Shown here: positions 11,062 through 24,963 of the stretch, in pieces
How positions within the stretch are numbered: position 1 is the first letter of the stretch
Layout: each line of letters opens with the position of its first letter
Assembly: GCF_006345805.1 (NCBI RefSeq)
Contig: NC_043020.1
Span: forward strand, 19,034,001 to 19,098,000
DNA: 64,000 nucleotides
From: Octopus sinensis
Taxonomy: Eukaryota
Direction of reading: 5' to 3'
Made by a program: the position numbers and the translations under genes
The notes under the pieces: generated by a model
Database searches by the model: none
Told to the model about the DNA's origin: nothing
Seen by the model: only the letters and a program-made list of their open reading frames with translations

Positions 11062-11271
11062 TTAGAGACAAACCACTATTATGCAAATCAAACAACGAAA
11101 GACTTAATCCATACATAAAAAATTTTATATAAATTAAAAAAATTAAATTCGCCACTACAATTTTATTTATTTTATTTAATTTATTAATTTATATAAATTT
11201 TTTATGTATTGGATAAGTCTTTCTTTGTTTGATTTGCATAATAGTGGTTTGTCTCTAATTAATATTATATA
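11049..11271. repeat. AT-rich inverted repeat (~95-bp arms) next to (TA)n
   Basis: ttagagacaaaccactattatgcaaatcaaac versus gtttgatttgcataatagtggtttgtctctaa. Confidence 0.9.
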
Positions 11272-11414
11272 ATATTTTACTATAAAATTGGATTCAGTCC
11301 TAAATTGATTTTCCCTGTAAATTTGGATTTATTCCCTAATATTTATTATATATATATATGTATAGAGTGGTGTGTGTGTGGGTGTGTATTATATGTATAT
11401 AAATTTTTTTTTTT

Positions 11415-11629
11415 TTCTGTACTTGTTTCAGCATTTGACTGCGGCCATGCTGGAGCACGCCTTTTAGAGTGGTGAAAGAGTACAGCAGGGATCACCACCT
11501 CCTGCCGGAGCCTCGTGGAGCTTTTAGGTGTTTCGCTCAATAAAACACACACAACGCCGGTCTGGGAATCGAAACCGCGATCCTCCGACCGCAAGTCCGC
11601 TGCCCTAACCACTAGGCCATTGCGCCTCC
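11415..11629 (-). mobile_element. tRNA-derived SINE with a distinct head and the family A 3' tail
   Basis: Minus strand ggaggcgcaatggcctagtggttagggc...ggtttcgattccc head; tail gtgctccagcatggccgcagtcaaatg. Confidence 0.85.
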
Positions 11630-11732
11630 ACATATATTGCGCCTATACATATATACACACACACATATGTATATATATATGTATATATATATATGTATAA
11701 TATATGTATTATATATGTATATATATATATGT

Positions 11733-11795
<63 letters not shown>

Positions 11796-12116
11796 TATAT
11801 ATTAATATATATATATATATATATGATGAAGACAGCTATACGGAAAATATAAAACAGACTGATGGTGCTGGGTGGCATCTATATTGCTGGAAATATGAGT
11901 TAAAAATTAGGGGTGCAAGAAAGCACATTTTCATATACTGACAGGGGAGATAACCATCCCATAAACGAAGTTAGATTATTAGACGAGACTAGTTTCCCCT
12001 GAAAATTTACAAGCTCGTCAGTAGTGACGTGTATATGTGTGTATGTGTATGTGTGTGTATGCGTGTGTATGTGTGTATGTGTGTGTGCGTATGTGTGTCT
12101 ATGTGTGTGTTTCATT

Positions 12117-12298
12117 GTGTTTGCATTTGTCCATCACCATCGCTTGACAACCGGAGTTGGTGTGTTTATGTCCGGGTAAATCAATAGAGTAAGTTCCAGG
12201 TTTTAAAAAGTGTACTGGGATCGATCCATTCGACTTAAAATTTTTCAAGACGATGTCCTAGTATGGCAGCTGTCTAACGACTGAAACAAGTAGAAAAC
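12117..12298 (+). mobile_element. SINE family A, degenerate 3' part
   Basis: atcgcttgacaaccgg...gtgtttatgtcc...gactgaaacaagtag. Confidence 0.7.
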
Positions 12299-13350
12299 TG
12301 CGCCTACAAACCATCTTCACAAAGAATAAAAAATACTAGAAATGAGTGATACACGAGGTGGGGCATTTGGTGGCTGCAGTGGGCTTCAGTCCCCTCCAAT
12401 CAACAGGCAACTCTATAACAGTCTAGAACACTATTAAAGCAACTTTATAAAAACGATATTTCATACCCAGCCCAACACAAGCAACACATATATATACACA
12501 AAAATCCGCAACATCAAAAGACCCAGAGGCCCCAAAAAACTGGAGGGCCTAACGCCAACAATAACTGCAAAGAAATAGCAAATGCTGTGATCTGACTGTA
12601 CTAGGGTCGGGGAAGTTTTTAACCAACCACCCCCAAAATACATTTATTTACACTGACATGGTATGTCTGTGGAGATGGGTCTTTGTGTTGAAACTTACGA
12701 CTCGGGTCATTGCTTGCGACCGTAGGACTGTTTGATCAGGGTTGATCTAGAGCTAGGCACCACCACCACACCACCACCACCACCACCACCACCACCACAA
12801 TTTCTTTACAATATTCTACTGGAGAACACAAGGCCTCTTTTATGATACGAAATCGTCTTCCTCCGAGTGAGAACCCGACAGCTTATCCAGTGAGAAACAA
12901 TAAGCCGACACCAATGAAAGACAATCCAGAAATGAACATTCACACATATAACATATACACGCATACACACACACACATGCACACACAGATATAGCCACAT
13001 AGATATATGCATACACAGATACGCGCGCACAAACACGTTCAAATAAACTCCTTCACAGCATGTACACATACAATCATAGCACAAGACGTGCGCACGTGCA
13101 CTTACTTACACACACCTGCTAATACACACACACACACACACAGACACACACACAAATAGAAGTACAAACACATAGGATGTAAAAACCGTGGATTGTTCGA
13201 TGTAGGATATTACATTTCGTAATCCTGTCTCATGTATTTAGAATTAACTAAATCTTTGAAAAACTAGGGAACACGGTGGATTTGTGCAGATTTACTTTTG
13301 ACTAAGCATATTAAAAAGACTCTCTCCCTCTCACACACATACGCTTGCAA

Positions 13351-13392
<42 letters not shown>

Positions 13393-13965
13393 GCAAGAGC
13401 AACAAACAAAACGTAAAAAACAAACAAATTACACTTGAAACTCCCGTTCCATCCTGTCCGTCACGGCTGACCTCCATCGTCGCTCTGTCCTTTTCTCTCC
13501 ATCTTCGACAGATCATGCGCTTGCTATGGAAGCGCCTAGGGGCTTTTGTTGCAAGTAAACAGAAGTTACTTTTACGGAATATATTTCGCTTTGACCTTCG
13601 AGTGTAAGCACATGCCGGCCATCACAACCGTAACTTTTACTGCGTTGGGAGTTCATCTCCCACCACCTCATCCCGTCCGATCCCATCCCAGCTCAACTCT
13701 GATTGAACAGACTAGTGTTCTAAGACATTCCATTTGTGACCAACCTGTCTTTTATTATATATTATAGGTCGACAGTATCTGAGATAACATTAATAAAAAA
13801 AAGGTTGGGTGTACTTTGAGAGAAATTCGGTTGCTATTTCAAGCAGAACGGGCAATTGCGTTGCCAGACTGCTTGTATTTTCTCTCTACCCCCTCTCCTC
13901 TTGTATACACACACACACACACACACCACACACAAACACACACACACCACACACACAACACACAC

Positions 13966-14625
13966 ACAATGTGCATTCCAGAAGTTTTTAGACTGTTTCA
14001 GGAAAGCTATTAATAATTTCAAGGAAGTACAAAGCTCTCTTCTCTTTCAAAGTAGGATCCTCTGATTTTAATGCATTTGTAGCACTTCGTGAAGGCCCCG
14101 TGGAAGTTCCCCCAAAGTGAAGCTGTCCTTGATCCTTGTCACAACCTCCTTCATTTTCTCAGTGTCTTAAAAAACCACTGACCCTTGAAGTTCACCTTGA
14201 GCTTGGAAACAACCAAAAGTTATAGAGAGTAAGGTCTGGATGTAGGGAGGGTGAGGGATAGTTTTGATGCCCATCTTTGTCGAGGAATTGGTTACCAGGA
14301 CGCAATTGTGGACTGGTGTATTGTCCTGGTAAAGTTGCTCTGGACATTTGCGACAAAATCTCTCCCTGAACTCCCTCGAAACCTTCACAAAGTACTCTGT
14401 GTTGACCGCATTGTCAGAGTGGACCAAGAGAAAGTAGATGATGCCCTTGATGTCGAAAAAGTGGATTGTCATGAGTTTTGCAATACACTTGATTTGTTTG
14501 GCCTTCTTGGGTCTAGGGGAGCCAAGGTGTTTCCACTGGACGTTCTGTCTCTTGGCCCCTTGATCATAACAGTAGATACAACTTTCGTCACAGGTCAGCA
14601 GAGACTCAAGTATTGTAGCTATAAC
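13966..14625 (-). mobile_element. Mariner (DD34D) transposase 3' remnant with TIR
   Basis: TCDESCIYCYD...QWKH.GSPRPKKA...FFDIKGI...QDNTPVH...TIPHPPY; TIR-like gtgcattccagaagtttttagact at ~13971. Confidence 0.9.
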
Positions 14626-16100
14626 TTATAACTGAGACGGCTAGAGAGTTCATACCTATTATCTTGTTTTTAGCATTGAGCTCTGTTTTCAGTATTGATC
14701 TAACTCGTCTATAGTATTCTTTCTGTATTTTCTCTTTCATTTGTGTGTGTTGTATCGTATCTAGTTCATTGATTCCTAAATATTTGTATGTCTGGCTTTG
14801 TGATGTTGCTACTCTTCACTAGTTTTCCTCTTTTCAAGGTTGCTTTGGCACATTTTTCTAAGCTGTCTTCAGTTATGGCTTTATTGATCATTAGTTGAGC
14901 TTTACAGCCGTATGAGCCCTTACATCATCCCTTATGGTCTTCTGGAAACAGGTTTTTATCTTCCAGATGCTTGCTCAATCTCTGCGATATTATTGCCGTA
15001 AAGGCTTTGTAAATTGTAGGGAGACAGATTATTGGTCTGTAGTTTTGTAGGTTTGCCGTTTCAGTGGATTTGGGAATTAGGATAGTTTTCCCTTCTGTGA
15101 GCCATTCAGGCATTGTCTCTGGCTCTGCTAGTATGACGTTAAAGTTTTCAGCCAGCTTTTGTGTGCTCCTATCAGATATTTTAACCAGAAGTTTGGGATC
15201 TTGTCGTGTCCAGGTGCTTTCCAGTTGCTTAGTCTTTGTAGTGCCTGGGTGATCTCTTCAGTTGTTATGGGGGTCCAGAGTTGTTCAAGTGCTAATTTCG
15301 TTGTTTTAATAGTCCTTTTCTGAGGTTGTTCCTTCGCCGACCATATTTCTTTCCAAAATTCTTCCACTTCTTCTGCTGTTGGTGCTGCATTAATGTCTAT
15401 TTAATTTTTGCCAAGTTCTTGGTAGAATTTTTGGGGGTTGGATTTGTTCTGTTTGTTTTCTTTAAAGAAACGTTGGCGTTCTCATACCGGTGGATTCTTT
15501 GTGCTTTGGCAAGGATATCTTGCTTTAGCTTTTCTTTTACCCCAGGTAAATCTTTTTCAGTGATGTTGTATTTGCACAGGATTTTGTTGCCTTCTTGTTG
15601 TTTAGTAGTGTTGATTGTCTATTAATTTCGTTAAGAATTGACAGATCTTTTCTATTTTTTTAAATATTATTTATCCACAGTGTTTGTTTGGGTGGTGGTA
15701 CTCCTGTTTGGTTGGATTTGAGGGAGTATCCAGCTTCTTTTGTGGCTGCATATAATATGACATTTAACTCGGTGATATTGACATTTATTTCTGTGGCTAT
15801 TAGTTCCGTGACGGCTAGGTTCATGCTATTTATTATTGATGTTGTTTTATTGTCTATTTTGATTTTTGGGAGGTATAGTCGGTGGTCCATTCTGAGATCT
15901 GTGGTTTTCAGCTCTTTGATTATTCTCATTTTTATAGGGAGGAGGTGGGTAGCGGTGAATCGGGGAAAGGAGAGGTGGGTAGGAGTGAAGAGAGGAAGTA
16001 GGTGTGAAATGAAGAGAAGAGAGAGGAGGGGAGTCAGATGAAGAGGCGAGGGGAGTTGAGCCCATCTGGCGCATAGGAGCGTAGAGAGAAGATTAATTCC
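14615..16100 (-). mobile_element. R4/Dong-clade non-LTR retrotransposon remnant with internal RT deletion
   Basis: ITELNVILYAA; FWKEIW...NWKAPGHDKIPNFWLK; PEWLTEGKTILIPK..NYRPIICLPTIYK; GCKAQLMINKAI then directly LEKCAKATLKRGK and YKYLGI..KEYYRRVRSILKTELNAKNKI. Confidence 0.9.
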
Positions 16101-16142
<42 letters not shown>

Positions 16143-16169
16143 GTAGAAGGGATGCACTAAAAACTCTTT

Positions 16170-16204
16170 TTCCCTGAAGAGGGAGTTTATCTGAAACGTC
16201 TGAA
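16170..16204 (+). ncRNA. Minimal hammerhead-like motif, decayed
   Basis: ttcc-CTGAAGA-gggagtttatct-GAAACGTC-tgaa; core intact, stems I and II imperfect. Confidence 0.45.
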
Positions 16205-16435
16205 TCTTCTCTGCGCAACAGTAGGTATCAGCTTTACTTTACTTCTATTACAATAAATACAAGTTTTGTAGATACTGGCCACTATCAGTCTGCATGGTTT
16301 CTTTTCTTTTGCCTATGTGTGTGTGTGTGTGTGTGTGCGTGTGCGTGTGTGTGCGTGTGTGTGTATGTGTGTGTATGTGTGCCTGTGTCGGTATGTACGT
16401 ATGCATATACATGCATGAATACAAACGTGTATATA

Positions 16436-16477
<42 letters not shown>

Positions 16478-16916
16478 AGAGAGAGAGAGAGAGGAGAGAA
16501 GAAGAGAGAGAGAGAGAAGAGAGAGAAGTGAGAGGTAGACAGATGGACAGTGTTCGAAATACATGATTTTATACATATATACATAATATACACATATGCA
16601 TATGCAGACAACCATGTTTGCTTGTACATACATATACATACGTACATACAAACACATACATACATACATACATACATACATACATACACCACCACACACA
16701 CATATATATAATATATATATATATATCTATATATATATATATAATATATATATATGCACACACACATATGTAAGCGTAGGTATGTGTAACTGATGTGTAT
16801 ATCTTTATTTATAGACAGTGTATGTTTGTACACGTGCATACATACATACATAGATACATGCATGTATATATATATATCATACATACATATGTATGTATGC
16901 ATATATGGTATATATA

Positions 16917-16954
<38 letters not shown>

Positions 16955-17803
16955 TATATGTATATATATAGTATATATATATGTCACCACCATTACATAC
17001 ATATATACATACATACATGTCTTTCTCCTGCTGACAAGAAGCTAATCTTAGCACTAATGGCTGCCAGTCTTATTTCTTATCTGAGAAGTCAATTAAGAAT
17101 TGACAAGTTCAAGTTGCCGATAGGCAATATAGGAAATTAAATAAAACTGAACTAATAAAGATTTTATCGAAACCGTCGACGAGATCGGGAGTGGAAAATA
17201 TTAAATTAGCAAAATACAAAAAATAAACAAATAAATAATAATAATAAAAAAATGCAAAATTAAAAAACAAAAAGAAATCCACAACTGCAACAACAACAAC
17301 CACATCAATAGTAGTAAAAAAATAATAAATAAAAAAACAACCATAACAACAACAACATTAACAACTATTTCATAAAAAATAATTATTACAGCAAAAAAAA
17401 AAAAATTATAAAAAAGTCCACACCCTTGTAAAAAAATTTTAAAATGAAATATATTTTAATGGAAACAATATCTTTTTTCTGTTTTATTTTTTTTCGTCGA
17501 ATAATTGTTTCTTGTACTATTCTGTGATATACATACATACATACATACATACATACATACATACATACATGTGTGTGTGTGTGTATGTATGTATAATATA
17601 TATCCACTCACACTAACATGCACGCACATATATATTATATAAACGCCACATGTGATTTGATTATATATATATTTATATGTATGGTTATATATATATGTGT
17701 GTGTGTGTGTGTTTGTGTATATATGGTGATCATCTGTACCACCCGGTCAAACTCTGAGGACACCCGACGTGATTCATCAGGTGCATCCTAAGAATACGAA
17801 CTC

Positions 17804-17844
<41 letters not shown>

Positions 17845-18011
17845 TTGTTCCTTGGTTTGTGTCTATGTTTTTCGTCTCTCTATGTGTTCGACGTCTTTTT
17901 GGTGTCCTGTACACATATATGCGTGTATATGTACATGTAGAGGTAGGTACGTACATATATGTTTATATATATGCATTGTTCTATTTTATTAACCATATAT
18001 ATATAATATAT

Positions 18012-18042
<31 letters not shown>

Positions 18043-18494
18043 ATATATTGAGCATTCTTTCTTTAGCGTTATTCCCCCCACAGAGAAACACACACATGGT
18101 CATACGCACACATTCACACGTGCCTTAAGATTTTTTGGGTATTACATGGATGTAATCAACGTACAACTCAATGTTACATACATATATATATATACATATA
18201 TAATTATATCTCTCTATATATATGCATATATATATATGTGTGTATCTATATATATACACACAGACACATACATGCATATACAAACTGCCCACATATATAC
18301 ATATATGCGAGCGACGGTATGTGTGTGTGTGTGTGTGTGTGTGATTGGAGAGTCGAGACATCGGTGAAATTGCAAGCGAAGACTGAATAAAATGACAGTT
18401 TTTAAAATTGAGTGATTAACATCAATATCTTTAATTGTGGATTCCTTTGATGTTGTGATTAGGATTTCTCTCCGTACTGTATATATGGATGTAG

Positions 18495-18548
<54 letters not shown>

Positions 18549-18633
18549 GTATATATAATATATATATATATAATATAATATATATATATATTAATATATA
18601 TATATTATATATATACCATACATACATATATAG

Positions 18634-18677
<44 letters not shown>

Positions 18678-18761
18678 TTACATACACATATATATATATA
18701 CATATAAATTACATACATACATTATAAATAACATATGCATGTATGTATGTATATACACACG

Positions 18762-18801
<40 letters not shown>

Positions 18802-19057
18802 TATACATATGTAAATACGCATACAAGCATACATACAAGCACGCACACCACACACACACACACGCACACACACACACACGCACACATGCACACATACACA
18901 CGCAGGTAAATGTTGAAATAAAGTTAAAACGTTTTGGCAGAATGTTTAAGAATAAGACGTAACGCTAAACGATGTTGTGCTTCTATATTCACACTAGAGT
19001 CAAATTTAGCGTGACTGGGTCTTCACAATACACACACTCGCACACATATACATATGC

Positions 19058-19102
<45 letters not shown>

Positions 19103-19544
19103 ACACGTTACTCACGTGCACACACCCCTACGTACTTCCCCTTTGCACTTCACGCCATGTACTTTATTCGATGTCGTTGATGTATCGATCTCTCTTAATA
19201 TGTCTTCCGACATTTAAGATGAACTGGTAGAATTCAGTCATGTGACCGTGGCCATGCTGGGGCACCACCTTGAAGGTTTTTTAGTCAAACAATTCGCAGC
19301 CAGGACTTACTTTATTTTTTATTTTTTTTTTTATATGTTTCAGCTCTGAGGTTGCGCCCATGCTGCAGCACCGCCAGTGAGATGATATGCAAATTAATAC
19401 CTCCGGCATTCTGAAGCTACAAGATTTCTTGTGAATATAAACAAACTGGCTGCTCATTTCTCTGGGATGCTTTAAAGGGATATAGACACCTCTGATTCAA
19501 ACCCATTAATGTTCGAAAATCGAGTAAGGCTCTTTCATTTTTTT

Positions 19545-19952
19545 TTCTCTTTTACTTGTTTCAGTCATTTGACTGCGGCCATGCGGGAGCACCACCTTTA
19601 TTCGATCAAATCGATCCCAGGACTTATTCTTTGTAAGCCTAGTACTTATTCTATCGGTCTCTTTTGCCGAACCGCTAAGTTACGGGGACGTAAACACGCC
19701 AGCATCGGTTGTCAAGCGATGTTGGGGGGACAAACACAGACACAAACATATACACACACATACATATACATACATATACATATATACGACGGGCTTCTTT
19801 CAGTTTCCGTCTACCAAATCCACTCACAAGGCTTTGGTCGGCCCGAGGCTACAGTAGAAGACAATTACCCAAGGTGCCACGCAGTGAGAATGAACCCGGA
19901 ACCATGTGGTTGGTAAGGAAGCTACTTACCACACAGTCACCCCTGCGCCTAT
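19545..19952 (-). mobile_element. SINE family A, full length (~400 bp)
   Basis: Head, CORE-like domain, internal (TG/TA) tract and gactgaaacaagtaaaagag tail all present. Confidence 0.95.
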
Positions 19953-20030
19953 AATTATTCAGGGCACTGCCTGGAAACGAACTCGGAATCTTGGGGTTAG
20001 TAGACCGCGCTCTTAACCACTAAGCCATAT
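19953..20030 (-). mobile_element. Short tRNA-derived SINE-like element (not a functional tRNA)
   Basis: Minus strand tggcttagtggttaagagc...gagttcgtttccaggc..ctgaataat; A and B boxes present, no acceptor-stem pairing. Confidence 0.65.
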
Positions 20031-20659
20031 TCTCTGTTCATAATTCTTTTCCAAACTACAGAGAAATAGCTATATTTTCCCTGTGTGTATATTTATTGTA
20101 TTAGAAACTGAGGATACGTGCACAAGCAAATTTTGAAAATGACCCCATGAGCTGATTTTTGAAACACTGAGTTGGAGCTGGGACTACAGCAGAACATGCT
20201 CCTTGTTTAACTACTCAACAAGCAATGTGGGATGAATTTCTGAAGTTAATGCAAGTTATGGAATGTCTTTTGATTGCTAATTACTCATTTATAGTCGAAC
20301 CTCCTATAGACAATTGCAGTACCAGTCAAGCTGACGAGTTTCCCAGACCAAGTTTCACAAAAGTATAATTTGTTCTGTGAAGTGGGAAGAACTCCAAAAG
20401 ACAAAGTATTATATGTCTTGCATTCCATTCCCTACAACTATCATGCTTTCCAATGATAGTGGCATTTCCACTCTTTTTAGGGTTTCATGATTTCACTGTG
20501 ACCCTGATAGGGTAGCTAACGAGTGATACGCCTTACCAAAGGACACAACCCGTAATTTTGACTGGGACTGCTTATTAAGTATTTACAGCTAATCTGTAAA
20601 TCTATTGGCCATTCCCCTATCTGCAAACTGGAGACCCAATGGATGGGAGTTATCATCAC

Positions 20660-22172
20660 CCTACCAACCTCAGTTTTTGATATAGATGTAATATCAATTA
20701 TTGACTATACCTTTGATATCATAACTGGAGATTTCACTATTGACGAATTGAAAAGTTCTTGAAATCACCAAAACCCGAAAAGCTGATATAATGGATAGCA
20801 TTCTATCTGAAGTCTGGAAAACAGGAGACTTCAATGATATTCTGTTAGGCTTCTGCAATACAATCTATAATGGAAGCAACAGTGACAAATGGATAGAAAG
20901 CTGCATACTTCCATTTCCAAAGAAAGGCGATTTGGGTCTCACAAAGTACTACAGAGGCATCACAACAAAAGTTTATTATTCAATCCTATTAAACAGGATA
21001 CAACCAGAAAATGGGAAAGCGTTGAGAATAAAATCAAAACGACTTCAGTAAAATATAGATAAACTGTCGGATAAATATTTACAGTTCATCGTTTACTGGA
21101 AGGAGTGGACGCCAGAAATCTTGAAGCAGTATTACTGTTTGTTGATTTCTCAAAAGCTTTTGACTCCATCAAACCGTGATGAAATGTAAAAAATACTACT
21201 GGTCTACAGTACCCTTGAGGAAATAACAGCAGCAGTTATGATTCTGTTTAACAACACCAGATCAATAGTAAAATCCCCAGACTGAGACACAAGTATGTTT
21301 GACCTCAAAGCTGGAGTACTTCAGGGGGACACATTGGTACTTTTTCTCTTTATGATCACTCTGGATTATGTCCACAGAATATCATTTGCCAATCTAAATA
21401 GCTTCGGTTTCACACTTGTGAAAAGATCGATTGAACATCCAGCTCAAAAAATAACATTGGTGATTTAATCTTACTCTCTGATACAATATCAAACTCCATC
21501 CAATTACTTTATAATCTTGAATTAACTTGAATTAACAAGATGTTGGACAATTTGTTAATTCTAGAAAAGCCAAGTTCATTGCTCATAATCAACAAGGATC
21601 CATCGCTAATCAAGTTGATGATTTCCCGTACCTCCGTTCTGAGACAGCATCAACTGAAAAGGATGTAAAACTCGGACAGGCAAAGCATGGGTCAATCCTA
21701 AACAAACTGGATGTTGTCGTGAAATCAATTCTTTCAGACAACCGTAAGAGGTAGATTAATTCCTTTTAACTGGAACAACAGCCTGGACACTTACCAAAAA
21801 AACTGGAATCCAAGCTAGATGGAACTTGCGCCCGAATATTAAGAGCAGTCTTAAACACAACTTGGAGAACTTACCCCACCAAGAAATAGCTGAATGAAGA
21901 TCTCCTGCCTGTTTCTATCATTAAAAGGGTAAGGCGCTTGCGCTTTATAGGACATTGCTGACGAGCTAAACAAGAGCTGGTAAGTAACCTACTGCTACCG
22001 ATGCCAAAGCATGGCCGGACTCGAGCTGGTCGTCCGAACACAACGTATGTAGATCAGTTCACCAGAGACACCAGATACCTCCCTGATGATCTCCCTCAGC
22101 TAATGCAAGACCGAGATGGCTGGCTTGTGCGGGTTAAAAATGCTCGAGCAAGCTTGTCCAGATGAAGATGGT
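20660..22172 (+). mobile_element. RTE/RTE-X-like LINE, 5'-truncated and decayed
   Basis: EVWKTGDFNDILL..CILPFPKKGDLG..YRGIT; LFVDFSKAFDS; GVLQGDTL; FPYL; PKHGRTRAGRPNTTYVDQ..LMQDRDGW. Confidence 0.9.
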
Positions 22173-22184
22173 ATGTCTACTATA

Positions 22185-22413
22185 AGGCGGCGAGCTGGCA
22201 GAAACGTTAGCACGTCGGGCGAAATGCGTAGCCGTATTTCGTCTGTCGTTACGTTCTGAGTTCAAATTCCACCGAGGTCGACTTTGCCTTTCATCCTTTC
22301 GGGGTCGATAAATTAAGTACCAGTTACGCACTGGGGTCGATGTAATCGACTTAATCCGTTTGTCTGTCCTTGTTTGTCCCCTCTATTTAGCCCCTTGTGG
22401 GCAATAAGGAAAT
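22185..22413 (+). mobile_element. SINE family B monomer with 13-bp TSD
   Basis: ggcggcgagctggcag...gagttcaaattcc...ctttcatcctttcggggtcg; TSD tatgtctactata (22172-22184) / tatgtctattata (22417-22429). Confidence 0.95.
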
Positions 22414-23909
22414 TGATATGTCTATTATATGTACACACACACACACATACACTTGTACGCACACATATATATGTTCGTGTCCGTGTGTGTGTGCGCGCGC
22501 GCATTCGTACGTGTGTTTTTGTGTTTGCGTCGTGCATGTGGCTCACCACCGTCTGACAGCAACTATCGCTTTGTTTATGTCTCCGTAACTTAGTGGTTGG
22601 GTGAACGAGACCGATAGAATAAACACTAAACTTAAAAATAAAAAAAAAGCCCTCCACGGCGGTATGTCAGCATGGTCGCCGTCCAATGATTGAAACAAGT
22701 AAAAGATGAAAGAGAATCTATAAACAAGCCAAAACTTCCAGCTTCTCTTTCCACACACTTATACAACTCAATAAACTTGTAAAACATAAAACAACATTCC
22801 AGTCATTTATTTTCTTCCTTATTTTTATCGATCTTCATATGATTTTTTTTCCGTAAGGTATTTCGGAAAATTAAAAATTTATTTATTTATTTTTTCTCTG
22901 TCAAAGTCTAGACATTAATTGCCGAGTTTACCTATATATATATATTTATTTGAATAGTGCAGTGTTCTTGTAATGTGTGTGTGTGTGTGTGAGAGAGAGA
23001 GTATTATGCGTGTATGTGTGTATATGTGTATGTACGTGTGTATGTGTTTATGTGTATGAGTGAGTGTGTGTATATTTCTGTGTGCATGTATGCGTGTGTG
23101 TGTGTATATGTGTATGTATGTGTGTATGTATGTGTGTGTGTGTATGAGTGAGTGTGTGTATATTTCCGTGCGTGTGTATGCGTGTGTATATTTATGTGTA
23201 TGTATGTATGTATGTATGTATGTATGTATGTATGTATGTATGTATGTGTGTATGTCTGTGTGCGTGCGGGTGAATGTGTGTAAGTATGTGTGTATGTGTG
23301 TGTGTGTGCGTGTGTGCGTGTGTGTACCTGTTCTACCGTCTTTAAAGGAATGACATGTTGGACACAGGTTCTCGATGCCCTTTTCCCTGTCTCCGAAAAG
23401 AACGGGATAGTCACGGATGGGAGACCCTTGATTTTGAGTCTGCTCAAACAGGTATGAGCCAGGACAAATCAAGACTTAAAGGAGCCACGAACCAACGATT
23501 GGGCATGAGAGCTGTCATTCTAATTGCTAGAAATAGAAGTCAAGTCTCCGTTACATAACAAACCGAACAGTTTTAAAAAACGAAGGAACGTTGGACAACG
23601 TTAATCCTTAATATAAAAGACGAGATGGTCACGGTTAGAGCACAAGTTGTCATAGACCTGCATGATTAGACATAATTTGAAGCTATGAAGCAACAGATAA
23701 AGCAGTGAGGAACAGGGAATATCTGAGCGCTTGTTCGAGCTGTCAGAAATAGCAGCTAAATCTCACTCGAATCAAACATCTTTCAGTGTTAAAAAGCAAA
23801 ATTACTATGCACTAAGTCTATGTCAATCCAGAACGTCGCTATTTTTTGGATAAAATAGTTGCGTTAGTACACACGCGCGCGCACACACACACACACGCAC
23901 ACACGCACG

Positions 23910-24001
<92 letters not shown>

Positions 24002-24006
<5 letters not shown>

Positions 24007-24963
24007 GGTGCGTCAAAAGTCATGCATTTGAGATTTGACATTTTATTTATATTACGTTAGAAACGTTAGCACACCGGGCGAAATGCTTAGCGCTATTTCG
24101 TTTGCCGCTACGTTGTGAGTTCAAATTCCGCCGAGGTCGACTTTGCCTTTCATCCTTTCGGGGTCAATAAATTAAGTACCAGTTACACACTGGAGTCGAC
24201 ATAATCGACTGGCCCCCTCAATCAAAATTTCCGGCCTTGTGCCTAGAGTAGAAAAGAATCTTTAGTGAGCTGGACGAAATGCTTAGCGGTATTTCCTCTG
24301 TCGTTACGTTCTGAGTTCAAATTCCACCGAGGTCGACTTTGCCTTTCATCCTTTCGGGGCCGATTAAATAAGTACCAGTTACGCACTGGGGGTCGATATA
24401 ATCGAATTAATCCGTTTGTCTGACCTTGTTTGTCCTCTCTGTGTTTAGCTCCTTGTGGATAGTAACGAAATAGGTATTTCGCACCTCGCTACGTCCTGAG
24501 TTCAAATTCCGCCGAGGTCGACTTTGCTTTTCATACTTTCAAGGTCGATAAATTAAGTACCAGTTGGGCACTGAGGTCGATCTAATCGACTCATCCCCAC
24601 CTCCCCCAAGCTGCCATTTTGACAAAAATTTAAAATAATTTATAATACGTTATTAAGGCGGCGAGTTGGCAGAATCGTTAGCACGCAGGGCATAACACTT
24701 TGCGGCATTTCGTTAGTCTTCACGTTCTAAGATCAAATTCTGTCGACTTTGACTTTCATCATTTTGGGTTCGATAAAATAAGTACTAGTCGAACAGTGGG
24801 TTGATGTAATCGACTAACCACACCCACCTCCATGGAATACATTTTGTTTCGTCATATACGTGTGTATTCACTGTTATTTATTTCATCCAAGTTTAGAAAA
24901 ATTGGAGCATGTCTTCTACAGTTCCAGAGCGTATTTTGTGCATGACTTTTGGCCCATCCTGTA
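24002..24963. mobile_element. Tc1-like MITE defined by TIRs and filled with SINE B copies
   Basis: agggtgcgtcaaaagtcatgca versus reverse complement of tgcatgacttttggcccatcct (19/22), outer TA at 24962-24963. Confidence 0.65.
24056..24830 (+). mobile_element. Cluster of four same-orientation SINE B units
   Basis: Four repeats of gagttcaaattcc.ccgaggtcgactttgcctttcat-like core. Confidence 0.9.

Noticed and set aside
11555-11629. tRNA gene
   Set aside because: Has A and B boxes but no acceptor-stem pairing and runs into a SINE body; same for 19953-20030
17720-17790. CTGATGA with stem II-like arm on minus strand
   Set aside because: No GAAA or cleavage triplet follows
23400-23452. Strong donor cag|gtatga suggesting an exon
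   Set aside because: Weak acceptor, short, no recognisable peptide
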